Origin: Enoplolaimus lenunculus | Lineage: Eukaryota | NCBI GenBank assembly: GCA_030248215.1 | Contig: JASANG010002125.1 | Span: 310,001 to 374,000 of the forward strand | DNA length: 64,000 nucleotides | Direction: 5' to 3' | In this document: positions 37,387 through 50,738 of the stretch, piece by piece | Numbering within the stretch: the stretch's first letter is position 1 | Layout: each line of letters starts with the position of its first letter | Translations under genes and position numbers: made by a program | Notes under the pieces: model-generated | Told to the model about the DNA's origin: nothing | The model's database searches: none | The model's input: only the letters and a program-made list of their open reading frames with translations

Positions 37387-37724
37387 GCTGTTGCTGTTGT
37401 TGTTGCTGTTGTTGTTGCCGTTGTTGTTTTTGTTGTTGTTGCTGTTGTTGTTTTTGTTGTTGCTGTTGTTGTTGTTGTTGTTGTTGTGGTTGTTGTTGTT
37501 GTTGTGGTTGTTTGGAAATGGAACTAGCGCTATTGTGAGATGATTCTTGTTTTAGACGCAATAAGTCAGTTTTTTGGTCTAATATTGGTATAGGTGAAGC
37601 CATGCTAAGATGTTTGGAAGAGGTACTCGATAAGTTTGGCTGTCCAGCAGAGGATTTTGTCGCATATAATGAATTCAGTTTTGAAGTGAGTTGATGAATT
37701 ACAGGCGTTGGATTTAGCTTAAAG
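36694..37724 (-). CDS. foxQ2: FoxQ2-class forkhead transcription factor, forkhead-domain exon (N-terminal polyQ + FKH domain)
   Basis: Encodes KPQYSYIGLVAMAIL...[73 protein letters not shown] (~36730-37012), diagnostic of FoxQ2 (fd102C/fkh-10 class). In-frame ATG at 37603; the frame stays open upstream to the acceptor tacttacag|C at 37725/37724. Confidence 0.95.
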
Positions 37725-37820
37725 CTGTAAGTATATACAATTCGGGCTTAGTTAAATACGATTGTAACAGCAGTATTACAGGTAATGTTAAAGCTTAAGC
37801 TGAAATTTTAAAAATATCTT

Positions 37821-37996
37821 GGCCAATGTACAGAATAAGGCCGCAACAGTAGTACAAGCATATTCCTAAACCTACGCGTGAGATTGAGCCGATACCTAGC
37901 GTGTGTGTAAGTCTAAGCAAAAAATATTCTGAAGCTTAAGCTTTGTTTATTGTAGTCATACAAAGAAGCATTCCGTGCCTGATTTTTACATTTGCG
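37821..37996. mobile_element. TTAGGC-carrying MITE family A (in putative FoxQ2 intron 1)
   Basis: GGCCAATGTACAGAATAAGG ... CCTGATTTTTACATTTGCG; diverged. Confidence 0.7.
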
Positions 37997-40923
37997 AAAA
38001 TTTCAAAAATTTTAAGCCATTAATTTCTTTTCTATTTCTTGACGAAGATATAATTTTTTCGTCAATATTTTAAAACTTGCGTTTCAACCAGCAATTCGCT
38101 TTATCCTTAGACTCACACTCCAATGAATAAACTATCCTGCAAATGAGAAAAACGTCAAACATATATTAAAGCATGTATCACTATTAAAATAATTATTACA
38201 ATCGCAACAAATTTCACATCAAAATGGTTTAAGCAATTCATATTCTAACTATTGGAACCGATTTGGCCAGTAAGCCTAAGTCTAAGCCTAAACATAAACG
38301 TAATTGTAATCCTTATTCAACAAGTAATTGTATATTGCAATGAATATTGTAAATCTATATACAGTTCAAATATCGTATTATTTGGTCGTTAAAAGCCAAG
38401 TTTTGTTAAACAAATTTTTAATGTTTTGTCGAGTGCAATACGGGAACGCCCAAAGCTACGTCAGACTCAATTAAGCAACTTGTTTTTCAAGCATAGGTAT
38501 ATGTTTAGCATGTTTGAAAGCTGCAATCAGTGTATTTTTCAAAGCGCACGCCAAAAAACTATTCTTGTATATCAAAAACGTTTTTCTTACTCATGGTTGT
38601 CATGTATAATCCGCAACAAAACGATGATGTATACTCGCTTGCAATACTTAGCAGCAATTTTTGACAAAATTTTTTGTGCTGCTAAATAAATATTTTCAAG
38701 TTGTAATAGGCTTTTGCGCGAAAATTAGCTAGCTTGTACGCTTGACGTGTCGAGTTGTTATAATCGCTGCGTAAATCGCCGCTCAACACAAAATAGATCA
38801 TTGTTATTTTGATGAAACAATAGAGAAGATACGATGTTGTTGTTGTTGTTGTTATTGTTGTTGTTGTTGTTATGGCGTTAAACAGTTCACATGGAGGTGG
38901 TGTATATACGTCTGTTTTTGAATGGAAGATAATATATCCTGTAAGTTTTCGAGAACGTGAAAAGTTTTCATTTTTCTACGCTTACAGTATTGCAAAAAAA
39001 TATTCTTTTGTCTAAAAATTGTTGATTTTTCACGTCAAAAATTTTCTACAAATAAAAAATGTGCAACAGGGTGAAAACAGTGAATACCGCTCAAGACACT
39101 GAGTAGGTATAATGTTCACTGCAGCAACTCACTGCTGCTTAAATTGTTGTTGTTGTTGTTGTTGTTGTTGCAATATTTTTGCAATTTTTGTTTTCATTTC
39201 AGCGTTTTTTGCGAACTATTCAACGCTCGAATTTATATCCTGATTCTAACACCAGTAAAATAAAACTTTTTCTCAAAAATCTATCAATTTTGCGGCATCT
39301 CTTCACTTCGCGACAGTAAAGAACTGTATTTTACTGGCAAAAATATTAGAATTTTTATTGCTGATTACAACAAACAACAACAACAACAGCAACATCATCA
39401 TTTGGCAGATAAACTTTACTGTCAAATGAGAACTTTTTACGAAAATTGAAAATATTTAAATGCGTCAAAATTGACCATTTTCTACTTTGATCGAAACTGA
39501 CTGCTAGGATGTATTACGTCCGGTGGGATACAGTAGCAACAGGATTTGCATTGCTAACACAGTAAAACGAGGGTACAGTTCTGTACACGTGGGCTACAAC
39601 TTGCCCGCTGCTACAACTTTAATGCCGCAAATGCTTAGAAAATAATATAAATAAAGAAATACATATATTGTTTATATTTATTTATTTTATTTATTTATTT
39701 ATAATATAAATTACTCAAACTCTGAGGTTGTCTAAATTTTCGGCTTACGACTTTAATAAGTGATCGTCATCTAAGACAGAATAAAAAATACATAAAACTG
39801 AATTGGTGCAAAATTTCTAAACACGATGGAAGGACTGAGATCGGCAAAACATTCTATCCAATTTAAGCTTTTCGCCATGCGTTGCGCGATCCACGTCAAA
39901 TATAGGTACCCGCCTGCTAGAAGACACGGAAACAGGCGGCGTAGAGACCAAGAGGATTAGAGCTAGTTTAGGCTTACCTTTATTCTTTGGTTAGGGGTTA
40001 GGCTTAAGCTTGTACATACGCCTTGTAGACTGGCCCTTGTCGTTAACATAAGCTTATTTCAGGTCGGCTACTAAGGGTACATTGTAAAGCGAATTGGTAT
40101 ACCATTTTGTTAGGGAGCTTTGCTTTTCGGCAAGATTCACACTGAACAGTGCGATTAGTTTTTGATCGCTTGCTGTGTAGGGCAGAATATTTTGCTGGAA
40201 CAAAGTGTCAAAGTTTTAAGAACATTTTTAAGTTATAATATTTTTTGACAAAAATCAATCTAACAATCGGTTCATTTTAAGTATAAAAATGACAAAGTAA
40301 AAACAGAAATAAACTAAGGCTATAAAAGTTCAAATAAGTATATTTTGTGTTTTCATATTTGTTTACAATGATGTGTGCTTTGAAAGCAAAAAAAGATGAG
40401 AAAAACGTGAGAAATTGCAATTGTTGCGTTATGAAAATATATCCAATCATCGATACGCAGTTGTGGCGGATTTTCAAAAATTTTAAATTTAGGGTCAAAC
40501 CACTCGTGTGCCATTTAATGACGATATAAGCTCACGCGGAAGAAGCCAAACTCAATTTTAGTTCTAAATGTTTTGCACAAAAGTTTTTGCTTTTCATCGT
40601 TAGTGTTTGTGACAATGAGGTTGTAGATGGAGACCCACTTAGATCCGATAATAGCGATATATATATAATATATGAATTTGTGTAATAAAACATCAACAAC
40701 AAAAATTTGCTCATTTTTGTTAAAATTAAGTATACGGATGTCGATGTTATTGTTGTTCAAAAATACAACTTAAACGCGACACAAAATTTGGCTAAATTGT
40801 TTTCTATTGTTTTTCAATTCTACACTTAATATTTTCTGCTTTAAATTGTAATAAACGAAGCAAAAAAATACTAAATGAGATAAAATCCGGGAGAATTGTA
40901 GTTTGAGTTAACTTAAGTTGTTA

Positions 40924-41112
40924 TACTGCAAAAAGTGGTGAGACAAACTGACTCTCTCCGAAATAGGCTCTACGGGACTACACAAACTGAGACAAATTCG
41001 ACTCCACCAGAGTGAAACGTTAGACACAGTGAGTCGAATTTGTCTCAGCTTATGTAGTGCTGTAGAGCCTATTCCGGAGAGAATCTATTTGACTGACCAT
41101 TTTTTTGCAGTG
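40924..41112. mobile_element. Palindromic MITE (family G)
   Basis: Homologous to 12230-12448; TA on both sides. Confidence 0.8.
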
Positions 41113-41453
41113 TAACGTTTTGTATACATTTCGTAATTTGCGGCGAAAGCGGCAACACGGATCATAGTTTGAAATTATTTCGCCTATTCTTTATATTCTC
41201 TGGTTTGTGCAGTAGCAGATGTGGAATAATTTTTAAAAATGCAAGGCATAATTGAAACGTTCAGAGCCGAGGGTAATCCAACGCGATATCGTAGTCCGTG
41301 GACGCAAACATCGCCTTTATACTCGAATGATGTTCTATGTGATCGGATCGCATCTACCACCTCCCACAGTACACATTGGACAGGGATATTCTACATGAGA
41401 TCCCAGAGATGAACCACAGTCCACGTAATCCACTGACGCAGTTTCCTACTCAC

Positions 41454-41473
41454 CGCGACTTCATGTTGCTCAT
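41454..41473 (-). CDS. foxQ2: Putative first coding exon of FoxQ2 (MSNMKSR...)
   Basis: ATG AGC AAC ATG AAG TCG CG|gtgagt is a strong donor in phase 2, matching the phase-2 acceptor at 37724 (CG+C = Arg, then FKLNPTPV...). Gives a 3204-nt CDS (1067 aa). Inferred from splice signals and phase only. Confidence 0.45.
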
Positions 41474-41846
41474 CGAGTTTCTGTTCGCAATAGAAAAATT
41501 ATTCAATGGTTAAAATTTTGTCTAATCTGTGGCAAGTTTGGCTAACGAGCCGGCCACCCATAGCGGATCGGAATGTGAAGATGGTACCTTCAGCAACGAC
41601 TACAAGCGTTACATTGCCAGCTTTGCGTGGTGTCTAGTTACTGTTTCAACTGTTCATAGAGCCATGCTACCACCCAAAGCGTCACACGAATTGCTTATGA
41701 CCTAATTAATACGCAATTTATATAAATGCATCACAATTTCGATCTTATATGCATTCATCTAATTCCTATTTGCAACCTGTAAAAATAAACTTGAAATGAA
41801 ACATTTTGCGTATTCACAATACGCAGAAAACAGTCCCCGACCGCCT

Positions 41847-42003
<157 letters not shown>

Positions 42004-44104
42004 CTCAACAAAATTATGAACAAAACTTAAATCCTTTAAAATTCAAAAGTATTTGTCATAGTCGACACTTAAGCCACCCTCCGTTTTTCCATTGCTCCTC
42101 CCATTTTCGCTATCACGTCTCCCAGCCCGTCCATTGCAACAGCAAACGCAACGCAGGCGGGTACACCTGCAGTCCCTGACCTTCAACAGGAATTAAAACC
42201 AAAATGTTGTATCAAGTAGTAATAAATGCTTTTTGCGTTTGGCTTCTGGCTCGGTTCGCTTGCGAGTTTTTTACCCTATTATACATGACACCCACCGTTA
42301 TATCAGGCATTTTTTTCAGTTCGCCAGTGATTATAACAGGTATTTTTGATACAATTTTGAGCAAAAATACAGAATTTTTTCTGTTTGCCGTTTCGCTTAT
42401 CATTCACTCAAGTGTAACGCCAAAATCGTTATGTAAAATGTTTCACGATGGCTTAAAAGCGTTTGAGTTGTTAACAATTCACTGCGTTTACAATAGTAAA
42501 TATAGCAAAATTAAACAACACCCTAGTCAAACTAAACGATATATATCACACGTACTAGTAAGGATAGGAGCTTTAAGTCCACTTATTTATTCTTTTAACT
42601 CTTTTTTTCGTTAGGGGAAATTCAGAACACGAGACAGCGACTAAATTGGCGTTTATCAAAATACCTCAAACAGCGATATAACAATAAGTCGCTTGATATG
42701 GGGAAATCAAGCTTAATCGAAGCTAATGATTTGTTGCTAAAACTACTTCATTCCAGTAGTACAGGCCAGGGGGGGCAACAAGAAAGCGGGCAGAAGCGTG
42801 TCCCCTTTCAGATTTCCTCAACCCAAATGTTTGTTCTTTGGTTTAATGCCTATAATGGGTTTTAGCAGCTGGCTTGTTTCGCTTCAGAACTTTTTTTATA
42901 ATGTATATTGTGGGCCGTGCAGTTAGCACCTTTTTGGTTACATCCGCTGTATCCGCCCCCGGTAGGAGCAAACTGCCAACAGGAAATAGTAACAAAAATT
43001 TATGTTTTACAAAACATCTCTGAGGACACTGGCGATAAAAGTTATTTAACGCCAAAAACGCAACTCTGTTGCAATTGTTGTTGATCGTTGTTTGCAACTG
43101 CAATCAAATGCGATTATTATACGAACTACCGTAATACCACTACTGCATGGATTGCGGGATGAATCAGTTTATCACTGTGTTTATCAATCCATGAAGGCTC
43201 CATTTTGCGATGGGAGTAAGTTAAAAATTGCAGGATATTAACCGTGATTATGTAGAATCATCGTTTGAAATTGTAACTATTAGCAGACGGATCAATGATG
43301 TTTTTTATTACAATGGCAAAGAATATATTGCAGAAGTTTGGCATCAGTTGGCATACCTTTTCACGTTCTTTAATTGTACGCTTGTGTGTTGAACTCGTAC
43401 GTCCGCTAGTTTCAAATTAAGCCTGGCGAAAATTTAACCGATTTTGACTTCAATATCGATAGAAGTGTAAGCTTAAAAAGGTTTAGGCCTTAATTTAAAG
43501 GCGTGCAACTGCACTGCTTTTTAGGTAGTTGCGTTCGTCCATGCTATTTAGTAGTTAAAATATATGTTTGGACTGGCGGATCATAAGAGGCCATTTGGTA
43601 TACGGTAAAATTGGTATTTGTTTTCATTTCCGTTATAGAAATGACGTAAATTGTGCTATTTTTATGCCCAAATTTAGCTTATATATCATTTGTAGATCAC
43701 TCAATTTTTCAATATTGCAATTGTTCGATTTGGATTTGAAATAACGAAATTCATCCGAAATGTTTAGATGCATACGCTATTTTTCGTTTAAAATTTAGAA
43801 CGCCCGATGAATATTTGCATGTCTCAATTGTATTAGCAAACAAATTAATCATGTTTTAAAGTTATTACTTCAATATCCGTATGCGTTTTCGTTCAACGCT
43901 TTCAAGCGGTTCGTTAAAAGTGCTTTATCAATAAATTTTTTGAATGAAAAAATACCTGTCAACGATGCTTTTCATCAAATTCCTTCTGGGGACGCTAAAC
44001 CAGTCGGCATCAAGACCGAGGGTCATCATTCGCTACTATGCTTGACGAAAATCAGATCGGTGATGCAACCCGCAGCGCTTATGTGAATAATAATCAGAAC
44101 CAAC

Positions 44105-44231
44105 GGACCATGTAAAGATCAGGGGCAAAACGTTTTTCTGCGGGACTTACGCTTATTCTTCGGCTTAGGTTTAGGCTTAGGAATATACTTAGACTACGGT
44201 TACGGCCGTGTTGTACCTACCTACATTGGTC
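44105..44231. mobile_element. TTAGGC-carrying MITE family A, internally deleted
   Basis: GGACCATGTAAAGATCAGGGG ... CTACATTGGTC; TSD GAACCAAC/AAAACAAC (6/8). Confidence 0.7.
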
Positions 44232-45820
44232 AAAACAACTATGTCTATCTTCATGCAAAATAGAAACAAAAATCACGTATTAAAAACAAAATATTACATC
44301 AAACGTGAAACATTTAAAATTTCAATTTCGTTGTTTGTACTACAAACACGAAAAAAAAGATAACTCTTAAACTGAATTTAAGAAAGTTTTCGGCAATTGA
44401 AAAGGAAGAGTTCAAATATTTGGCTTTCAGAATACTTTAAGAGGCGCCCACGCCTGAAAGTATATATTTTAAAATTAAATTTAAGTTTCGTGTTTGCCTT
44501 TTGACGCGGCGGTGATTCGTTCTTGCATCAAATTTGTGCACACGAAACAAAAGGTTGGGGTTTTTTGCGATGTTGACGTTGAAAATATTATATTTTCTCT
44601 GATTCTTTTCATGCTAAATAAATATTTTCAAACTTTTAATAGTTTTCGGACAAAAAAAATTGCGCTGATCGCAATAATCAAGATTGCAGTTCACGTGCGC
44701 TGCGTCTCATCCACGCCACACCTATTTGTTTTAGCGCGTGGCGGACAAATATATATTTTGGGCAATCCTAGTTCGTGGTGCAAAAAAGGAATCTTAGTGT
44801 TATTTTTTGGAGAAAATGTATAACAATTTTCATTTATTGAAATTAATATATACATACATCGATATAAATATATATGTATATATATTATATGTGTATACAT
44901 ACATATATATGTGTATATATATACCCGCAAAAACGCCAATGTTTAACGGTTTTGAAAAAATGTCACCAACTGTTATCTTTTTTACTGCTAAATGATTATC
45001 CTTATATCAAAAACTAAAATAATTATAAGGTTTTAGCCTAAAAACGTAAGTGCAGCATAGGGCTTTGTCGGTCCACACACGGCGAACTGGGTTGAGGCGC
45101 AATTAGCCGCCCCATGCGTTAGCGTCAGACCGCCCGAAATGGTGCCAAATGAAGCGCAATTCAAAAGGTGAATTTCTCTCGTTCGTGAAATTTTTTAGCT
45201 CAAAATTGAGTTGAAAATTTTTTCAGTAAACTGACCATTGAAATTTTTCGCGTTCAACGAAATTTTATGGTCCACCAGCTGCTAAGCTTAGTTTAAGACT
45301 GAACTGAATAAGTAAAACTCGGGAGAAGATAGTTTAATCGCATAAATGCGGTTAACTTTTTGCTTCATATACTTGCAATTTTCGTGAAGCTGGTGGAACA
45401 CAGTTGTTTTCGTCAGAGACACTAGAAAAATTTCCTCCAGGTCCCGGGCCACGGTGTGGCGGGTTTAGGCTTCTCGGCTGTCATCTGTGCGTTAAGATAT
45501 TTATCGTATTCTCAAATGAATATACTACCTATCACCGGTTAGTAGATGGTTTTCAAATATGCGAACTTAATGCAAAATAGTGCGATTTATACAGTTGTAG
45601 ATAAATTTTAACCATCCCGTGTTTAAATTACTCAAGTTTGATTCGCTGGATCAAAAGTTACCGGACTTATATCCAACTGGTCACAGGTGCTATTAGCACT
45701 TGAGAATACCAGCCGGATCGCAGCCCAAGTCAGCAGACCATATTTGCTCATGGTCGGTAATTTGCAGTGAGCTGATATTTTTCCGAATAGTTTTGATTTA
45801 ATTGGCTAACGAATTGATTC

Positions 45821-46181
45821 TACTCTCTAAAAACTTAAACTTAAATTATAGCTTAACTAAACTTGAATATTAGTTTTAGTAAAAGTTAAAAAATGACTGG
45901 ACGGACTAACAAAACTAGAATTTTAAGTTTTACTTAAACTAACATGTTTTTAAGTTTAGCACGAGTTTAAGTAAACTTATTTTCAGTTTAAGCACTGAGT
46001 GCAGCCCAGAAATTACGTGTATCTAAGAGTTTGTTAAGTTTAGCTTAAACTGAAAATATGTAAGATTTTAAATGAGTCTAAAGCGTCAACCTACCGGTTA
46101 GTTTAGTTAATCTAGAAAGTAAGTTTAATACTGCTGGATTACTTTAAGCTTAAATCAAGCTAGTTAAGCTTTCAGAGAGTA
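45821..46181. mobile_element. AT-rich TIR element with TTAAAC/GTTTAA subterminal repeats
   Basis: TACTCTCTAAAAACTTAA ... TTAAGCTTTCAGAGAGTA inverted ends. Confidence 0.55.
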
Positions 46182-47074
46182 TATATATATAATGCTGACT
46201 ATGTAGCAGAAACTATTATGATTTAAATCTTGGGCAAAATATTTTGTCCCAAAACCGCTTGAAATAGGAACCTTAGTAAGTAGGCCACAGGATTCTAGTT
46301 CTTACTTTTCGCTTCATTTAGTAGTATTATTACCATAAAATGGTGGAGTTGGCAACTAAACCGTCAGGTAAATTATATAATTGTTGCTGAGAACAGCCTA
46401 TACTTAAACAACAACTAAAACAAACGTACGTATATAACTTTTTCATAGCATAATATTGCAACAAAACTTATTTCCATATATTCGGTCTTATAATTAAGAT
46501 TTTCTTTGCGTTTCACCTACCGCTGGGGTTCATTGAAATACAATTTTCATTAGGGATGGCATTTTATCAACAAGAGTAAATAGACGTCCGTCCAGTAGAC
46601 GCCACAATTGAACTTGCAAAATTGTATCCTGAGGTATAAATATTTGATAATCGCATAATTGCAGAAGTAAAACCCAAAAATATAAGCACGAAAAAACTTT
46701 TGAACTTTCTAAGGCTAATAAATAAATGATTCTTTATTGTTTCTACATTATACTTCCAGTAAATTTGTTGCGTTCCAAAGAAAACTGTATATAAGTACAA
46801 CAAAGTGTCGTGATTGTTCTAAAATATCCCGAATAACAATTTGCACTACGACATATAGGTTTATATCAAAAAGAAAGCATAAAATTTTCAAATAAACTTA
46901 AATCGAGTCAACCGCAGCAACCTGTTATTTCAGCGTAAATCTGACAGCGATGCGGTAGAATATATATATACAAAATGTTCAAATTAACACTGTTTACGTT
47001 TAAATAAAATTGCACAAAATAATGTTTTGTTTGAAACACAATAATTCAGTCTGCCCTTTTTATTCTTAATTTTA

Positions 47075-47570
47075 GATGTCAAACTGCGCGATGACACAAA
47101 CTGTTTTGCAAAACCTTTGCAGCCAATGAAATTTGACCCAAAATTTATCACCATCAATATTTTGCTGATTCTGATTGGATAACGTAGGACTAATTTTGAG
47201 TAACTTCACCACCTCAATGTTTATTGGATAAAAGTTAAAACATCCTTGAATGATGCTACGATCTTATTCGATAATGCTCGTTTAACTTTGTAAGTCAAAC
47301 TGGAAACAAATTTATACAAAAAGCTTTACAGCCAATGAAATCTGACATCTATCAGCTCAAGCCGTTTCTCTATGCCTATTGGATAATTAATGGTTTTGAA
47401 TGAAACAAGCTTATATTTCATTGGATATTGCTTGGGTTTTGTCTGAATGTCAAACTGAACACAATCTTGTATACGCAATCAAATCTGACTACTTTTATGA
47501 ACCTCAATATTCTCTCCAATCTTATTGGACAACTCAAAATAAATAAACAATGCTTTAAATTAATTGGACA
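47075..47570. repeat. Degenerate ~150-215 bp tandem repeat rich in CCAAT/ATTGG boxes
   Basis: GTCAAACTG at ~47078, 47295, 47449; CAGCCAATGAAAT(T/C)TGAC at ~47120 and 47329; ATTGGA(T/C)A repeated. Confidence 0.6.
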
Positions 47571-48110
47571 TAGCATCGTTGTATATATACATTCGTACTA
47601 TGGCAGTTTGAGGCAGATCAGAAACTGAAGGCAAAAAATAATTTTGGTTGTTATATACTAATTTTTACCAAAACGGCCGTTACTTATTGGCTAAATTAGG
47701 TTATAAGAATGACAAAAATTAATAAAAGTGTTCTGCATTTAACAATTAACAATAAAATTAAAAATAAAATTGGCCTAACTAACGTTCGTTAGAGCCAGGG
47801 CCATGCATAGGATGAGCCTAACAACGTGGGTTAGAGCCAGGAACATGCACAGGGTCGTCAAAACGTCTCGAGGTCCAAAATTCACTGCGGCTTTTGATTA
47901 ACACTCCGTGGCGGTCGGAGACCTAGAAAACAAAGTTTTACGGCTAAATTGACCAAGAACAAATGTCTTACTGTAGGGCAAATTATAAACAAAGTTCCTA
48001 TTGGTCATGGTCGTCCTTTACAGAAATCTAAATTAGTTTTAATTACTAATTCACATAATTTTACCTGAAATAGTAGTAAATTTAACAATAAATTGCAAAT
48101 AAAAATTTTA

Positions 48111-48404
48111 AGCCTTATTGGGTGCAAGTTTTTGCACCGAAAACTTGCACGCACAGCTTGCATGTGCGAGTTTGGTTACAAAACAGTTTTGAAGTTGTTG
48201 CAGCTGCAAATTATTTACTGGAATTCATGCTATTTAATTAAATTTGCACTTGTGAACGCAGTTGCAAGCCTCTTGAATTTCTTGCACCTGCAGTTTGATT
48301 GGTCAATCGGAATGTTCCTTTCAAAATACTTTCAGCTGCAAGTAGTTCGTGGAAGTTGCAGCTGCGAGTTCTCGCTGCAAAAACTTGCACGTGTGAATGG
48401 GGCT
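48111..48404. mobile_element. PIF/Harbinger-like MITE (family C)
   Basis: Same TIRs and internal sequence as 7764-8037; flanks TTA/TCA. A further internal fragment lies near 53795-53915. Confidence 0.7.
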
Positions 48405-48452
48405 TCAGATAAAGTAAATAGCTGGAATTCGCTTTTCTAAACCCACTATCTT

Positions 48453-48616
48453 CAGGGGAGTCCTCACGAATGCATTGGGGGGTCGTGTTCCCCAAATTTG
48501 CTGGTGCCTTCTCCCCAAATTGACTCGGTCTAACAGTAAACAATCTTGAGTTGCAATTGTAGGGGCGCCCCAAAATTATTCAATGCCCCCAAGCATAAAT
48601 TTCTGCGAACACCCTG
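48453..48616. mobile_element. Small hAT-like MITE
   Basis: CAGGGG...CCCTG ends; TSD ACTATCTT/CCTATCTT. Confidence 0.6.
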
Positions 48617-50349
48617 CCTATCTTACAGAGCTTGTGCGGGACGTAGGAAGTCCATGATACAGTAAAGAATAATGCGGTGTGGTTTAGCGACGGCATCGGA
48701 CAGGCCACCTCACCTGGGACAAAGGGACAAAGATGAATTATCTCTGGTTTGAGATATTTCTTACCTCAAATGTCAGCTGGAAATTTTTTCGGCAGATTGA
48801 GGCAGGTGGGGCACGTTTTTGTCGTCACACGTGGCAGCTTCAAAATTCACAGGGCAGATTTAGGTGGGACGCCATAAAACACAGGATGTCTTATCTCTGT
48901 CTCTAGTAACCAAAAACCCAAACAACTTCAACAGCGCTATATTTGTGACGCGCACCCTACGATGCATATATTAAGTTCTTCTCGGTAATTTGCAATTTGG
49001 ACATATAACGGTAACGGGGTTTTAGCATTGGCTAATCCATGAGGCAGCCCACTCAGGGCTAGAAAACCCTAACAGATATTAAAACCAAAATTTCTTGTAA
49101 AAAATTCGCCCTAGAATTGTAGACGAGACCCGAACTGAAAAGTGCCCGCTGTGGCGGAGTTTAAGCAGGTACAAAACCGTATACATGTCTTCTTGCTAGC
49201 TTGACTCGAGAAACTTATTCAATTGGCTCCCTTGCTGCATATGCTTGTACACGATCAACACCACTCTGTATGGTGCAAAAAAGGAACCCATTTGTAATAA
49301 CATGGTTGGTGGAAATTAGATATTTTACTAAAAAATGACGATAAAAATCAAATATACTTCACTCGTACAGTATATAAACCATGGCAATCGTCCAAAATGA
49401 ACCATCGAAGGTAAATTTCGCTGCCGTTGATTATGAAAATCTAAAATACACCAGATAAAGTGAATACCTATCTCTGACTAGGGTTATTTCACTAATAATA
49501 TTGCAAAAAATGAATTTATATTTATAATGCTTGATTCAAGGAGAGCTATTACAAATAAAAGTTTAAAAACGCATGCAAGAAGTATGTATGGAATGTGATG
49601 TGTAACACTGAAAACCATAAAGCCTAAGCGTCAAACGCATAACCCGAACAATTTAAAAATGACAAAAAAATATTTGTTCAAAATACCAAACTCAATTCAG
49701 GTGTGAAAGGTCAAAATTTAAAAAGTTCAACTTTATCTCGATGAATGAAAAAAAATTATCGTAGTTTTATATACAAAGACCTGTTCATCGAAAAATAATT
49801 TGTGTTTTCTTAAAAAGGCTGACAATAAAGACTAACTTTACTACTCACTTTGAATCAGTTTTGTTGCAAAAATACCACTTTTTTGAACAAAAATCAGCAA
49901 CAATTTGTATACAAATTATTATTATTATTTTTTTCTCAAATTCCTTCATCTCTGTACCGAGTATGTCAACCAGATGGTAATTTTTTCGGGCGTTTCACGG
50001 CATTCTAAGTACTAAAATAATTTTAAAGTTATTTAAAAATAAAACATACAACAAGTTATAATTCCATCAATGAGAATGTCAACCGATATTACGTTATCAT
50101 ACATGGAATTGCTGCAAAATCAGAGGTTCATAAGCGGATGCCGCAGTCCTTTGAACAAAGCCAGCGAAAAGCCCAATACAATTTTAGCATTAAATTATGA
50201 TACAAAGTATTGGGTTAGAAAATAACACGGGGCACCCTCTCATTCACCATTTGCTGAACGCCAGGTTCAAATTTGTGTAACATCTCAAACAATATTTGAA
50301 TTTCGAAATATATCGTGAAAAAACTATCCTCTTGAAGTTCGCTGTCAGT

Positions 50350-50738
50350 GGCTGGGTTTCTGAAACCCTACGTAAGTACGTACGACTTAGTATTTAAGTA
50401 CGTGCTAAGTAATTACTTAACCATTTTGTCGTTATTAAAACCTTACTTAAGTTAAGTAAATACTTAAGTCGCCGGGTAAATTTGATGTATTACAGATTAT
50501 CAGCTCAGGCCTATATACTAACATTGGCCCTAGCATTTGTCTTACTGAAATTGTAGAGTCATGGTGCCTCCTTAATATAAACCAGAACTATTTTTGTCGT
50601 TATGACAGTAGCTCACATTTGACGTTTATTTGTTTTTGTTCGAAAAGTTAAGTATATATACTTAAGTCGGCGGCGAGTTAAGTAATTACTTAAGTATAAC
50701 TCAGGTCAATACTTAAGTAAGATTTCAGAAACCTGGCC
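50350..50738. mobile_element. PIF/Harbinger-like MITE with TACTTAAGTA subterminal repeats
   Basis: TIR GGCTGGGTTTCTGAAA / TTTCAGAAACCTGGCC; 3-bp TSD AGT/AGT. Confidence 0.75.

Noticed and set aside
37213..37543. Poly-Val/Leu ORFs on the + strand (also 35062-35507, 41796-42179)
   Set aside because: Antisense to FoxQ2 polyQ codons or inside non-coding GTT tracts.
38591..38720. Alternative FoxQ2 upstream exon ending at a gtaaga donor (38590)
   Set aside because: The phase-compatible frame has no ATG after an upstream stop. It could be a UTR exon, but this is unsupported.
39544..39551. Octamer ATTTGCAT POU site in the FoxQ2 intron
   Set aside because: Several such 8-mers occur across this AT-rich window; not distinguishable from chance.
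42204..42614. 136-aa hydrophobic ORF
   Set aside because: F/I/L-rich composition expected from T-rich DNA; no recognisable motif.
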